A stretch of 64,000 nucleotides of DNA from an uncultured Actinomycetota bacterium (GTDB lineage Bacteria > Actinomycetota > UBA4738 > HRBIN12), in NCBI GenBank assembly GCA_963702405.1, contig CAVPCM010000008.1, positions 218,171-282,170 of the forward strand. The letters run 5' to 3'. Below are positions 10,237-19,066 of the stretch, in pieces. A model generated the notes under the pieces. The model saw only the letters and a list, made by a program, of their open reading frames with translations, ran no database searches and was not told the origin of the DNA. Position 1 is the first letter of the stretch. The number at the start of each line of letters is the position of its first letter. Both the position numbers and the translations under genes were made by a program.

Positions 10237-10998
10237 GTGTCGGCGGCGCGCCGTAGCGTGCCGCCCGTGCGAGAAACGGCGCTCGATCGGGCGGTCGACA
10301 TCCTCTTCCCACGGGCCTGTGCCGGGTGCGGCGTGGGTCCGTGGCCGTTCTGCGAGCGCTGCACGGATGCCCTCGTTCCCCTGCAGCCGCCGTGGTGTCG
10401 GCGCTGCGGCCGTCCGGCGCCCGCGGAGGTCGATTCCTGTCGCGACTGTCCGCCGGCGCCGATCGCTTCGGCCCGTTCCGCGTTCGCGTATCGGGGGCCG
10501 GCCCGCGATGCGGTCCACCGGCTGAAGTTCTCGGGATGGCGAGGGGTGGGGGAGGCACTCGCGGCCGCCGTGGCGGCGCTCGGCCCGCCGCCGGCCGACG
10601 CCGTGACGTGGGTGCCGCTCGCTCGCCGGCGGCGGGCCGAGCGCGGGTTCGACCAGGCGCGCGTGCTCGCACGGGCCCTCGCCCACGAGCTCGACCTCCC
10701 GGCGGTCGCCCTCGTCCGGAGGACGACGGCCACCACTCCGCAGTCGCGTCGGACGCGTGAGGAGCGGGTGCGGGCGATGCACGGCGCGTTCGCGCCCGCC
10801 TCCGGCCGTCCGGCGCCCGCGCGGCTCCTCCTGGTGGACGACGTCCTCACCACCGGCGCCACGGTATCCGCCTGTGCCGCGGTGCTCTCCGAGGCCGGCG
10901 CTCGGGAGATCCACGTCGTCACGGCCTGCCGGTCCTTCTCGGACCTGCCTTCCGGCTCGGACCGTCCTCCGGGGCCACGTGGTTCGCGCCACCCATGA
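10237..10998 (+). CDS. comF: ComF family protein (phosphoribosyltransferase domain)
   Basis: N-terminal Cys clusters CAGCG...CERC...CRRCG...CRDC. Also RGFDQA and the PRTase motif LLLVDDVLTTGATV. Classic comF-hpf-secA neighbourhood. Confidence 0.8.
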   Translation: MSAARRSVPPVRETALDRAVDILFPRACAGCGVGPWPFCERCTDALVPLQPPWCRRCGRPAPAEVDSCRDCPPAPIASARSAFAYRGPARDAVHRLKFSGWRGVGEALAAAVAALGPPPADAVTWVPLARRRRAERGFDQARVLARALAHELDLPAVALVRRTTATTPQSRRTREERVRAMHGAFAPASGRPAPARLLLVDDVLTTGATVSACAAVLSEAGAREIHVVTACRSFSDLPSGSDRPPGPRGSRHP

Positions 10999-11007
10999 GG
11001 CGGTGCC

Positions 11008-11013
11008 TATACT
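11008..11013 (+). promoter_or_regulatory. Candidate -10 element (TATACT) for the hpf leader transcript
   Basis: TAnnnT hexamer lies 10 nt after the comF stop, at the 5' edge of a 297-bp non-coding gap. The same hexamer occurs upstream of tmRNA. Confidence 0.4.
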
Positions 11014-11019
11014 CGGGAG

Positions 11020-11290
11020 GTGCTCCCGTCCGGGTCTGTGGTTGCCCGGGGATCAACCCCGGTAGTCGATGCCAGCCGCGGGCGAAGCGACCCACGTAAG
11101 GCGACCCTTGGTCGCCGAGCATGGAGCGGTTTAGAAGTAAGCCCTGCCCCGGGCCTCGCAGGAGGCGTCGGGAGAGGGCGGGAGTCGGCGATCCTTCGGA
11201 ACGACACGGGCCGCCGGCCAACGCCCCCGCAGGCGAGTGTGGGGTCAAAGACCAGGTCAGCCGGGCGGGAGCACACCCCTTCGGAAGGCC
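11020..11290 (+). ncRNA. Candidate raiA-motif structured RNA / long structured hpf leader
   Basis: 297-bp gap between comF and hpf without convincing coding potential. Several perfect GC hairpins (CCGGGG-atcaa-CCCCGG near 11046; GGCGACC-ctt-GGTCGCC near 11100). The raiA ncRNA class is reported in Actinobacteria and Firmicutes in exactly this comFC-raiA/hpf position. Boundaries are approximate. Confidence 0.45.
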
Positions 11291-11294
11291 GTTG

Positions 11295-11663
11295 ATGGAT
11301 CTCAGCTTCACCGGCCGCGGCGTGCCCCTGTCCGACGACATCCGCGACCAGGCGGAGCACAAGCTGGCGCGCCTCGAGCGACTCGAGCCGAGGACGATGC
11401 GGCTCGACCTCGAGTTCGTCGCCGAGCATCATCCGAGCCCCGACGGGCTGAAGTTGATCAAGGCGGCGTTGAAGATCCCCCGGAAGACGTTCCGAGCGCA
11501 CGCGGAGGCACCCGACGTGCTCACGGCACTCGATCACGTGGCCGAGAAGCTGGAGCGGCAGATCCGCGATCACCACGGGAAGCGGCTCCGCCGATGGCGC
11601 AGGGGAGTACGATTCCCGCGGGGTGCGTCTCCGCCCTCCGCCGGGGACGATGAGGTGACATGA
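11295..11663 (+). CDS. hpf: Ribosome hibernation promoting factor / RaiA family, short form
   Basis: MDLSFTGRGVPLSDDIRDQAEHKLARLERL...ALDHVAEKLERQIRDHHGK matches the sigma-54-modulation/HPF N-domain. GGAAGG Shine-Dalgarno 7 nt upstream. No long-form C-terminal dimerisation domain. Confidence 0.85.
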   Translation: MDLSFTGRGVPLSDDIRDQAEHKLARLERLEPRTMRLDLEFVAEHHPSPDGLKLIKAALKIPRKTFRAHAEAPDVLTALDHVAEKLERQIRDHHGKRLRRWRRGVRFPRGASPPSAGDDEVT

Positions 11664-12346
11664 CGCCGACCGAGAAGGGTCCCACCGAGAAGCTGCGCGT
11701 GCTGATCGTCGACGATCACGCGTTGTTCCGCAGGGGACTCGAGATGGTGTTGCAGGACGAAGACGACCTGATGCTCGTCGGCGAGGCGTCGGACGGTGTG
11801 GAGGCCGTTGAAAAGGCACAGGAGCTGATGCCCGACGTCGTGCTGATGGACGTCCGGATGCCCAAGCGCTCGGGGATCGAGGCGGCCGGTCACATCAAGG
11901 AGCTCCTCCCGCACGCGAAGATCCTGATGCTCACGATCTCCGACGACGAGGGCGATCTCTACGACGCGATCAAGGCGGGGGCCGCCGGATACCTCCTGAA
12001 GGAGATCCCGATCGAGGAGGTCGCCGATGCGATCCGGAGCGTCTGGGCGGGGCAGTCTCGCATCTCCCCGTCGATGGCCTCGAAGCTGCTCACCGAGTTC
12101 GCCGCGATCTCCAAGGAGGCGGACGAGCGTCCCCAGATGCCGGCGCCCAAGCTCACCGACCGCGAGATGGAGGTGCTCCGCCTCGTCGCGCAAGGGCTGA
12201 ACAACCGGGACATCGCCAAGCAGCTGTTCATCTCCGAGAACACGGTCAAGAACCACATCCGGAACATCCTCGAGAAGCTCCACCTGCATTCGCGCATGGA
12301 AGCGGTCGTGTACGCGGTGCGGGAGAAGATGATCGAGATCACGTGA
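11660..12346 (+). CDS. Response regulator, NarL/LuxR family (REC + HTH)
   Basis: REC motifs LIVDDH and the phospho-acceptor context VVLMDVRMP. C-terminal LuxR HTH is LTDREMEVLRLVAQGLNNRDIAKQLFISENTVKNHIRNILEKL. ATGA overlap with hpf. Confidence 0.9.
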   Translation: MTPTEKGPTEKLRVLIVDDHALFRRGLEMVLQDEDDLMLVGEASDGVEAVEKAQELMPDVVLMDVRMPKRSGIEAAGHIKELLPHAKILMLTISDDEGDLYDAIKAGAAGYLLKEIPIEEVADAIRSVWAGQSRISPSMASKLLTEFAAISKEADERPQMPAPKLTDREMEVLRLVAQGLNNRDIAKQLFISENTVKNHIRNILEKLHLHSRMEAVVYAVREKMIEIT

Positions 12347-12363
12347 GGCGCCGGTAACCCGCG

Positions 12364-12819
12364 ATGGGCGATCCCACGATCGAGGCGGCGCGGGAGCTCT
12401 TCGACGAGGCGTTCGGGCAGATGCGCGACGCGATCGACGGCCTCTCGGCGGATGCCCTCGCCTGGCGGCCGCCCGCGGAGGACTCGAACCCGATCACCGT
12501 CCTGGCCGTCCATTCGATGCACAGCACCCGATGGTGGCTCACGATCGCGCGCGGCCTGCCGCTCCCGGACCGGGACCGGCCGTCGGAGTTCGTCGCCGAG
12601 ACGGGCGGCGACGCCGAGCTCTTGGGGTTCCTCGACCGGATGGTGAGCGAGTGCCGGGAGCGGCTGGACCCGGCGGAGGCGTTCGACGCCGGTGCCGAAC
12701 GGTCCGTGCCGGACGACGAGCCGGTGACCGCGGGGTGGGCCCTCCTCCACGCCCTGGAGCATCTCCGGGAGCACGTCGCGCAGGCGCAGCTCACGCGACA
12801 GCTCTGGGACACGCGGTAG
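12364..12819 (+). CDS. DinB family protein
   Basis: About 150 aa helical protein with His-containing DinB-like motifs (AVHSMHSTRWW; LLHALEHLREHVAQ). Confidence 0.7.
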   Translation: MGDPTIEAARELFDEAFGQMRDAIDGLSADALAWRPPAEDSNPITVLAVHSMHSTRWWLTIARGLPLPDRDRPSEFVAETGGDAELLGFLDRMVSECRERLDPAEAFDAGAERSVPDDEPVTAGWALLHALEHLREHVAQAQLTRQLWDTR

Positions 12820-12834
12820 CGCGCGGGAACCCGC

Positions 12835-13434
12835 TCACCAGCCGTTGCGGTGGATCTGCTCCTGCAGCGGGCGACGGCGCCGACGCATCCACGACCCCGA
12901 AGGCTCCTCGTCCGCCGCTCGGTAGCCCAGCCCGATGATCCCGATCGGTCGGAGATCCCCGGGGACCCCGAACCGATCGAGGAGCTCGCGCTCGCCGTGC
13001 GTGATGCCGAAGAACCAGCCGCCGAGCCCCTCGTCCACCGCCGCGAGCAGGATGAGCATGGAGGCCATCGCCGCATCGATCTCCCAGAATCGCACCGGCC
13101 AGTTCGCCTCTTCGTCCATCCCGAAGTCGATCTTGTCGGGCTGCGCGTAGCGGTCGAAGTACCGGCTCGCATCGGGGAGCGGGAGGATCAGGACGGTCGG
13201 CCCGTGCGTGACGGTCTCCTCTTCCCAGCCGAACTCGGGGTCGCGGGTCGTCTCCCAGAACGTGGCGATCGCGTCGGGCGTGTCGAGGACGAGGAGCTCG
13301 AGCCCTTGCGAGAACCCGGCCGAGGGAGCGCGACGTCCCACGTCGATCACGCGATCGATGACGTCGTGCGGCACGGGCCGCCGTTCGAAGCGCCGCACCA
13401 TCCGCCGATGCCGCAACACGTCACGGAATTCCAC
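12835..13434 (-). CDS. Nitroreductase family protein
   Basis: N-terminus FRDVLRHRRMVRRFERRPVPHDVIDRVIDVGRRAPSAGFSQG is the typical nitroreductase FMN-binding pattern. 199 aa. Confidence 0.8.
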   Translation of the reverse strand: MEFRDVLRHRRMVRRFERRPVPHDVIDRVIDVGRRAPSAGFSQGLELLVLDTPDAIATFWETTRDPEFGWEEETVTHGPTVLILPLPDASRYFDRYAQPDKIDFGMDEEANWPVRFWEIDAAMASMLILLAAVDEGLGGWFFGITHGERELLDRFGVPGDLRPIGIIGLGYRAADEEPSGSWMRRRRRPLQEQIHRNGW

Positions 13435-13477
13435 CGGTCGAGCGTACCGACCCGGACCGCCGGGTAGCCTGACGCCG

Positions 13478-15133
13478 ATGGACGACGCACAGGGGAAACG
13501 AACCGTGGCACGCCTCCTCGTCGAGTGCCTCGAGAACGAAGGGGTCGGCTACGTCTTCGGCCTGCCGGGGGAGGAGAACCTCCACGTGATCGATGCGCTC
13601 GCCTCCTCCTCGATCCGGTTCGTCACCACGAGGGACGAGCGCGGCGCCGCGTTCATGGCCGACGCCTACGGAGCCTTCACCGGCCGCCCGGGCGTGTGTC
13701 TCGCCACCCTGGGGCCGGGCGCGATCAACCTGATGCTCGGGATCGCGAACGCACATCTCGACTCGCATCCGTTGGTCGCGATCACGGCGCAGGCCGGCCT
13801 GCACCGCCTGTATAAGGAGTCCCACCAGGCCGTGGATCTCGTCCAGCTCTTCCGGCCCATCACGAAGTGGGGCGGGATGATCACGGTGGACGAGGCCGTG
13901 CCCGAGATGGTCCGCAAGGCGTTCAAGCAGGCACGGACCGAGCGCCCGGGCGCGACGTTCCTTGTGCTGCCGGAAGACGTGGCCGAGCAGGAGACCACGG
14001 GCGCGCCCCTCCGCGTCAACGTCCCGGTCGACCCGGCGCCCGCGGAGGCACAGGTCGAGCGCGCGGTGGAGGTGCTCGAGGGAGCGACCGCTCCAGTCGT
14101 CCTGGCCGGGCCGGGGGTCGCTCGAGACGGCGCGATGGACGCGCTCATGCGCTTCTCGGAGCGCCTCAACCTCCCCGTGGCGACGACGTTCCTCGGCAAG
14201 GGCGTCTTCCCCGACGATCACCCGAACGCGCTCGGGACGATCGGCTTCATGGTCCGCGATTACGCGAACTTCGGCTTCGATCGCGCGGACGTGGTCGTGG
14301 CGGTCGGCTACGACCTGGTCGAGTACGCCCCCGAGCGGTGGAACCCGGGGCGTGACAAGGCGATCGTGCACATCCACCGGACGGTCGCCGAGGTGGACGA
14401 GGCGTACACGCTCGAGGTCGGCGTCCAGGGGGACATCGGCGCGGCCCTGGACGCGATCGCAGAGGCGGCCTCCGGCGTCTCCCAACGGGACCGAGAGCCT
14501 CCCGTCGAACGGCTCGTCCGAGAGGAGCTCAGCTCCGGCGCCGACGACGACGCGTTCCCCGTGCGTCCACAACGGATCGTGCACGACGTCCGCGAGGCCC
14601 TGGGCCGCGAGGACATCGTCCTCTGCGACACGGGGGCGGTGAAGATCTGGATGGCGCGGCTGTTCCCGACGTACGCGCCGAACACCTGTCTGATCTCGAA
14701 CGGCCTGGCCACGATGGCGTTCGCGCTCCCGGGTGCGTTCGCGGCGAAGCTCGTGCATCCCGAGCGGAAGGTGCTCGCGGCGATGGGCGACGGCGCCTTC
14801 CTGATGAGCGCGGCGGAGATCGAGACGGCGGTGCGGGAGAAGGTGCACTTCGTGATCCTGGTCTGGGTGGACGGCGGGTACGGATTGATCGGGTGGAAGC
14901 AGGACATCCATTTCGGCCGGCGGGCGGCCGTCTCGTTCGGCAACCCGGACTTCGTGCGGTTCGCCGAGAGCTTCGGGGCGAAGGGCTACGCGATCGGCGA
15001 GGCATCCGAGCTGCTGCCTACGCTCCGGAAGGCGCTCGACGACGACGCCGTGTCGGTGATCGCGGTTCCGGTGGACTACGGGGAGAACGCCAAGCTCGTT
15101 GAGCGGCTCGGAGCGCTCACGGAGCCGCTGTGA
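13478..15133 (+). CDS. Thiamine-pyrophosphate enzyme, acetolactate synthase large-subunit-like
   Basis: VECLENEGVGYVFGLPGEENL at the N-terminus and the TPP-binding motif GDGAFLMSAAEIETAVRE. About 551 aa. Start set at the ATG (MDDAQGK). Confidence 0.85.
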   Translation: MDDAQGKRTVARLLVECLENEGVGYVFGLPGEENLHVIDALASSSIRFVTTRDERGAAFMADAYGAFTGRPGVCLATLGPGAINLMLGIANAHLDSHPLVAITAQAGLHRLYKESHQAVDLVQLFRPITKWGGMITVDEAVPEMVRKAFKQARTERPGATFLVLPEDVAEQETTGAPLRVNVPVDPAPAEAQVERAVEVLEGATAPVVLAGPGVARDGAMDALMRFSERLNLPVATTFLGKGVFPDDHPNALGTIGFMVRDYANFGFDRADVVVAVGYDLVEYAPERWNPGRDKAIVHIHRTVAEVDEAYTLEVGVQGDIGAALDAIAEAASGVSQRDREPPVERLVREELSSGADDDAFPVRPQRIVHDVREALGREDIVLCDTGAVKIWMARLFPTYAPNTCLISNGLATMAFALPGAFAAKLVHPERKVLAAMGDGAFLMSAAEIETAVREKVHFVILVWVDGGYGLIGWKQDIHFGRRAAVSFGNPDFVRFAESFGAKGYAIGEASELLPTLRKALDDDAVSVIAVPVDYGENAKLVERLGALTEPL

Positions 15134-15187
15134 CGATCGGGGCTTCCCGTCGGACCGCGTGATCTCGGTCTGACACGGGAGCGCCGG

Positions 15188-15193
15188 TAGAAT
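15188..15193 (+). promoter_or_regulatory. Candidate -10 element (TAGAAT) upstream of secA
   Basis: TAGAAT lies 33 nt upstream of the secA GTG, with a GGAAGAGGA Shine-Dalgarno between them. Confidence 0.4.
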
Positions 15194-15225
15194 CGAAGGA
15201 CCCCGACCACGGAAGAGGACCTGTC

Positions 15226-17928
15226 GTGCCCCTGATCGAACGCTTCAGCAACATCGGCGAAGGCCGCCGGCGGAAGGAGCTCGAGCAGCTCGCGAAGCTC
15301 GTGAACACGTGGGAGCTCGAGATCGAGGAGCTCTCGGACGAGGACCTCGCGCACAAGACCGTCGAGTTCCGGGAACGCCTCGAGAACGGCGCGCCGCTGG
15401 ACGACCTCCTCCCCGAGGCGTTCGCCGCCACGCGCGAGGCCGCGCGGCGGACGATCGGCCAGCGGCATTTCGACGTCCAGCTGATGGGCGGGGCCGCGCT
15501 CCACCACGGAGGGATCGCCGAGATGCGCACGGGCGAGGGGAAGACGCTCGTCTCCACGCTGCCCGGCTACCTGAACGCGCTGCAGGGCGAGGGCGTCCAC
15601 CTCGTGACCGTCAACGACTACCTGGCCAAGCGCGACTCCGAGTGGATGGGCGGCATCTACCGGTTCCTCGGCCTGGATGTCGGGTTGATCCAGTCGCAGA
15701 TGAGCCCCGAGCAGCGTCGGCCCGCGTATGCCGCCGACATCACGTACGGGACGAACAACGAGTTCGGGTTCGACTACCTGCGCGACAACATGGCGATGCG
15801 CCTAGAGCACACGGTCCAGCGCGGACACCACTTCGCGATCGTGGACGAGGTCGACTCGATCCTGATCGACGAAGCACGGACGCCGCTGATCATCAGCGGC
15901 ATGGTCCAGGACAGCGCGAAGTGGTACCAGACGTTCGCGCGGATCGCGCCACAGCTCACCCGCGATGAGCACTACGAGGTCGAGGAGGCGAAGTTCCAGG
16001 TCGCCGTCACCGAGTCCGGTGTGGCCAAGGTGGAGCAGCTGCTGAACATCGACAACCTCTACGACCACGAGAACACGATGCTGGTCCACCACCTCCACAA
16101 CGCCCTGCGCGCGAAGGAGCTGTACAAGCGCGATGACGAGTACGTGGTCCAGAGCGGGGAGGTCAAGATCGTCGACGAGTTCACCGGCCGGATCCTCGAG
16201 GGACGCCGGTACTCGGAGGGGCTCCACCAGGCGATCGAGGCCAAGGAGGGCGTGCGGATCAAGGAAGAGAACCAGACGCTCGCCACGATCACGATCCAGA
16301 ACTACTTCAAGATGTACGACAAGCTCGCGGGCATGACTGGTACGGCGAAGACGCAGCTGACCGAGTTCGAGGAGACGTACGAGATCGGCGTCACCGAGAT
16401 CCCGACGAACCGACCCATGGTCCGCGAGGACCTGCAGGACCTGATCTTCAAGAACGAAGATGCGAAGTGGAACTCGCTCGTCGACGACATCATCGAGCGG
16501 AACGAGACGGGGCAACCGATCCTCGTCGGCACGGTGTCGATCGAGAAGTCGGAGAAGCTGTCCGGGCTGCTGAACCGGCGCGGTGTGAACCATCACGTCC
16601 TGAACGCCAAGAACCACGAGAAGGAAGCCATGATCGTCGCCCAGGCGGGGCGCAAGGGCGGAGTCACGGTCGCCACGAACATGGCCGGTCGCGGCGTCGA
16701 CATCCTCCTCGGTGGCAACCCCGAGTTCCTCGCCCGTCAGGAGATGGCGGCCCGCGACTTCGACAACGACCGGTACCTCCTGTTCGAGATGGACGAGGAG
16801 GAGCGAGCCGCGTACGAGGCGGAGTACGAGCCGATCTTCGCGAAGTTCAAGGCGCAGACCGACGCGGAGCACGACGAGGTCGTCGAGCTCGGCGGCCTGT
16901 ACGTCCTCGGTACGGAGCGCCACGAGTCTCGCCGGATCGACAACCAGCTCCGCGGGCGCTCGGGCCGCCAGGGCGACCCCGGGGCGTCGCTGTTCTACCT
17001 CTCGCTGGAGGACGACCTGATGCGGATGTTCGCCTCGGATCGCGTCTCCTCGATCATGGAACGGCTGAAGTGGCCCGAGGACGAGCCGATCGAGGCGAAG
17101 ATGGTCACCCGCGCGGTCCAGAACGCGCAGGGGCAGATCGAGGAGCTCAACTACGAGCGCCGGAAGAACGTCCTGAAGTACGACGAGGTGATGAACGGCC
17201 AGCGCACCGTGATCTACGGCGAGCGCCGGAAGATCCTCGAGGGCGGGGATCTGAGCGAGGAAGCCCTGGGGTTCGTGCGCGACGTCGTCGAGGCGACCGT
17301 CGCCACGTACTGCCCGGCGGACGTCTTCGCGGAGGAATGGGATCGCGAGGGTCTCCTCACGGCCCTCACCGAGGTCTATCCGGTCTCGCTCTCGAAGGAG
17401 CAGGTCGACGAGATCGCCGACACGGAGTCGCTGCAGGCCGCGTTCGTGGAGGACGCGCTCACCGCCTATGCCGCGAAAGAGGAGTCACTCGGCGGGGAGA
17501 TGATGCGGGAGCTCGAGCGGGTGGTCCTGCTCAACATCATCGACACGCGCTGGCGCGAGCACCTCTACGAGATGGACTACCTGCAGGAAGGCATCTATCT
17601 CCGGAGCTACGCCCAGAAGGATCCGATCACGGAGTACCGGCGCGAGGCCTTCGACATGTTCGAGGAGCTCATCTCGACGATCCAGGCGGAGTTCGTCCGC
17701 TACATCTACCGCGTGGAGCTCGTCCGGCCGGAGCAGCCTCAGCGGCGTGCGGCGGCGCAGAAGGTGGCCGCAGTGCGCGAGCGTCACGGGGACGAGGAGG
17801 CCGCCCAGTCCAGCGCGACGCAGGATCCCAACCCGAACCAGGTGATCAGCGACAAGGTGCCCCGGAACGCGCCCTGCCCCTGCGGGAGCGGCCGGAAGTA
17901 CAAGAAGTGCCACGGCGCCGTGGCGTAG
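15226..17928 (+). CDS. secA: Preprotein translocase ATPase SecA
   Basis: Walker [13 protein letters not shown]-like [29 protein letters not shown] and [18 protein letters not shown]-terminal zinc-binding tail [14 protein letters not shown]. Confidence 0.97.
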   Translation: MPLIERFSNIGEGRRRKELEQLAKLVNTWELEIEELSDEDLAHKTVEFRERLENGAPLDDLLPEAFAATREAARRTIGQRHFDVQLMGGAALHHGGIAEMRTGEGKTLVSTLPGYLNALQGEGVHLVTVNDYLAKRDSEWMGGIYRFLGLDVGLIQSQMSPEQRRPAYAADITYGTNNEFGFDYLRDNMAMRLEHTVQRGHHFAIVDEVDSILIDEARTPLIISGMVQDSAKWYQTFARIAPQLTRDEHYEVEEAKFQVAVTESGVAKVEQLLNIDNLYDHENTMLVHHLHNALRAKELYKRDDEYVVQSGEVKIVDEFTGRILEGRRYSEGLHQAIEAKEGVRIKEENQTLATITIQNYFKMYDKLAGMTGTAKTQLTEFEETYEIGVTEIPTNRPMVREDLQDLIFKNEDAKWNSLVDDIIERNETGQPILVGTVSIEKSEKLSGLLNRRGVNHHVLNAKNHEKEAMIVAQAGRKGGVTVATNMAGRGVDILLGGNPEFLARQEMAARDFDNDRYLLFEMDEEERAAYEAEYEPIFAKFKAQTDAEHDEVVELGGLYVLGTERHESRRIDNQLRGRSGRQGDPGASLFYLSLEDDLMRMFASDRVSSIMERLKWPEDEPIEAKMVTRAVQNAQGQIEELNYERRKNVLKYDEVMNGQRTVIYGERRKILEGGDLSEEALGFVRDVVEATVATYCPADVFAEEWDREGLLTALTEVYPVSLSKEQVDEIADTESLQAAFVEDALTAYAAKEESLGGEMMRELERVVLLNIIDTRWREHLYEMDYLQEGIYLRSYAQKDPITEYRREAFDMFEELISTIQAEFVRYIYRVELVRPEQPQRRAAAQKVAAVRERHGDEEAAQSSATQDPNPNQVISDKVPRNAPCPCGSGRKYKKCHGAVA

Positions 17929-17962
17929 GGACGCTCGGACTCGAGGCTCGGGGCGACATGAC

Positions 17963-17993
17963 GAAGGGGCCGGCGCTTCGCGCCGGCCCCTTC
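17963..17993. terminator. GC-rich hairpin between convergent secA and a small membrane protein gene
   Basis: Perfect 14-bp inverted repeat GAAGGGGCCGGCGC / GCGCCGGCCCCTTC with a 3-nt spacer. No clear U-tract, which is common in high-GC actinobacteria. Confidence 0.45.
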
Positions 17994-18012
17994 GGCCCTC
18001 CGGTGACGATGC

Positions 18013-18477
18013 TCACCGGCACTGGTGGCAGATCTCTCCGTTCACCATGATCCCGCTCGTTGCAGGAGCGGCGACCGCGGGCGCACCCTCGCTGGGCGCG
18101 TAGGCGGTCGGGTTCTCCAGACCGTTCGGGTAGGCGGACCGGGGGAGGTACGCCCCGGGGTTCTCGAGTCCCACGTACCCGACAGGGGCGACGGCCCTCG
18201 GGGCCACGTGCGAGATGCCGACCGCGGGGGCCACGGCCCTCGGGGTCACGTGCGAGATGCCGACCGCGGGGGCCACGGCCCCCTGCTCACGGATCGCGGC
18301 GGTCGAGTTCGCGAGCCGCTGGGCGTCCGTCACGATGACCGGCCGGGCCGGCGCGATCGTGTCGGTCGAGGACAGCCCGATCACGGCGGCGGTGGCGGCG
18401 GCGAGAACGACGACGGCCACGGGCCAGATCGGGATGCTGACGGTCCTTCTTCCGAGGGTTGCTCCCTGGGCGCTCAT
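18013..18477 (-). CDS. Small single-pass membrane protein with tandem 14-aa repeats and a C-terminal CxQC tail
   Basis: Start taken at MSAQGATLGRR. TM is IPIWPVAVVVLAAATAAVIGL. Repeats are AVAPAVGISHV[TA]PR x2. C-terminus is IMVNGEICHQCR. Paralogous tail to the 18701..18943 gene. Confidence 0.55.
   Translation of the reverse strand: MSAQGATLGRRTVSIPIWPVAVVVLAAATAAVIGLSSTDTIAPARPVIVTDAQRLANSTAAIREQGAVAPAVGISHVTPRAVAPAVGISHVAPRAVAPVGYVGLENPGAYLPRSAYPNGLENPTAYAPSEGAPAVAAPATSGIMVNGEICHQCR
18191..18282. repeat. 42-bp tandem repeat, about 2.2 copies, inside a coding region
   Basis: Units 18191-18232 and 18233-18274 differ at one base, and a partial third unit follows. Each unit encodes a 14-aa repeat in frame. 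Confidence 0.85.
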
Positions 18478-18634
18478 GGCTCCCCCTTTCCTCTCGATCC
18501 CTTCGGGATCTGGTCGATGCACCGACCGTACGCACCGCACCTCGTGGAGTCGGTGCCGGGCCACACGGTTCGGGAGTGACGTTCGCCACGTCGTTCCGGT
18601 GTCGCCGCCCCGCCAGGACCGAGGCGGAAAAGGA

Positions 18635-18669
18635 GGCGGCCGGCCGGGCCTTCGGCCCGGCCGGCCGCC
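18635..18669 (-). terminator. GC-rich hairpin downstream of the 18701..18943 gene
   Basis: 15-16 bp perfect stem GGCGGCCGGCCGGGC(C) / (G)GCCCGGCCGGCCGCC, 32 nt after the stop on the minus strand. Confidence 0.45.
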
Positions 18670-18700
18670 GATGAGAGGGGGGTACCTCTCTCCTGTCAGG

Positions 18701-18943
18701 TCACGGCAGGCACTGCACGCACACCTTGCCGTCGACCACGATCGGTTGATGCGGGGCCGCGAGCCCGGTCGACTCCCCCGCCGCGGGGGCCGTCGGGCGA
18801 GCGGACTCGAAGGACGGCCAGAACAGCAGCGCGATCACCGCGATGATCATGACCAGGAGTACGCTCGCGGCGCGCGTCGCGTTCCACGAGATCCCCGGGC
18901 TGAGGGCTTCGCTCCTCGTGCTCACCGTCATCCTCCTCGTCAC
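18701..18943 (-). CDS. Small single-pass membrane protein with C-terminal CxQC tail
   Basis: TM is ASVLLVMIIAVIALLFW, followed by a Pro/Ala-rich linker. C-terminus is IVVDGKVCVQCLP. The start could be M1 or M5 of the ORF. Confidence 0.5.
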   Translation of the reverse strand: MTRRMTVSTRSEALSPGISWNATRAASVLLVMIIAVIALLFWPSFESARPTAPAAGESTGLAAPHQPIVVDGKVCVQCLP

Positions 18944-19053
18944 ACGCCTGGTCCTTCAGGGCGACGGTACCGACGGGGAAGGGTCGCGTCGGTGGTGCCG
19001 AGCACATCGAGGACGTGACGCTCGTCACGTGAGGGGAGATCGGGGGCCGCCAC

Positions 19054-19059
19054 TAGAAT
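19054..19059 (+). promoter_or_regulatory. Candidate -10 element (TAGAAT) immediately upstream of the prfB ATG (leaderless arrangement)
   Basis: TAGAAT ends 8 nt before the A of the ATG at 19067, and there is no Shine-Dalgarno between them. Confidence 0.45.
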
Positions 19060-19066
19060 CGGGCAC

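Noticed and set aside
11240-11275. ACCAGGTCAG...GGGAGCA resembling the SRP (4.5S) RNA domain IV sequence
   Set aside because: The conserved GGAA tetraloop and AGCAGC symmetric-loop context are missing. No complementary 3' strand can form helix 8, and the segment runs straight into the hpf Shine-Dalgarno and start codon.
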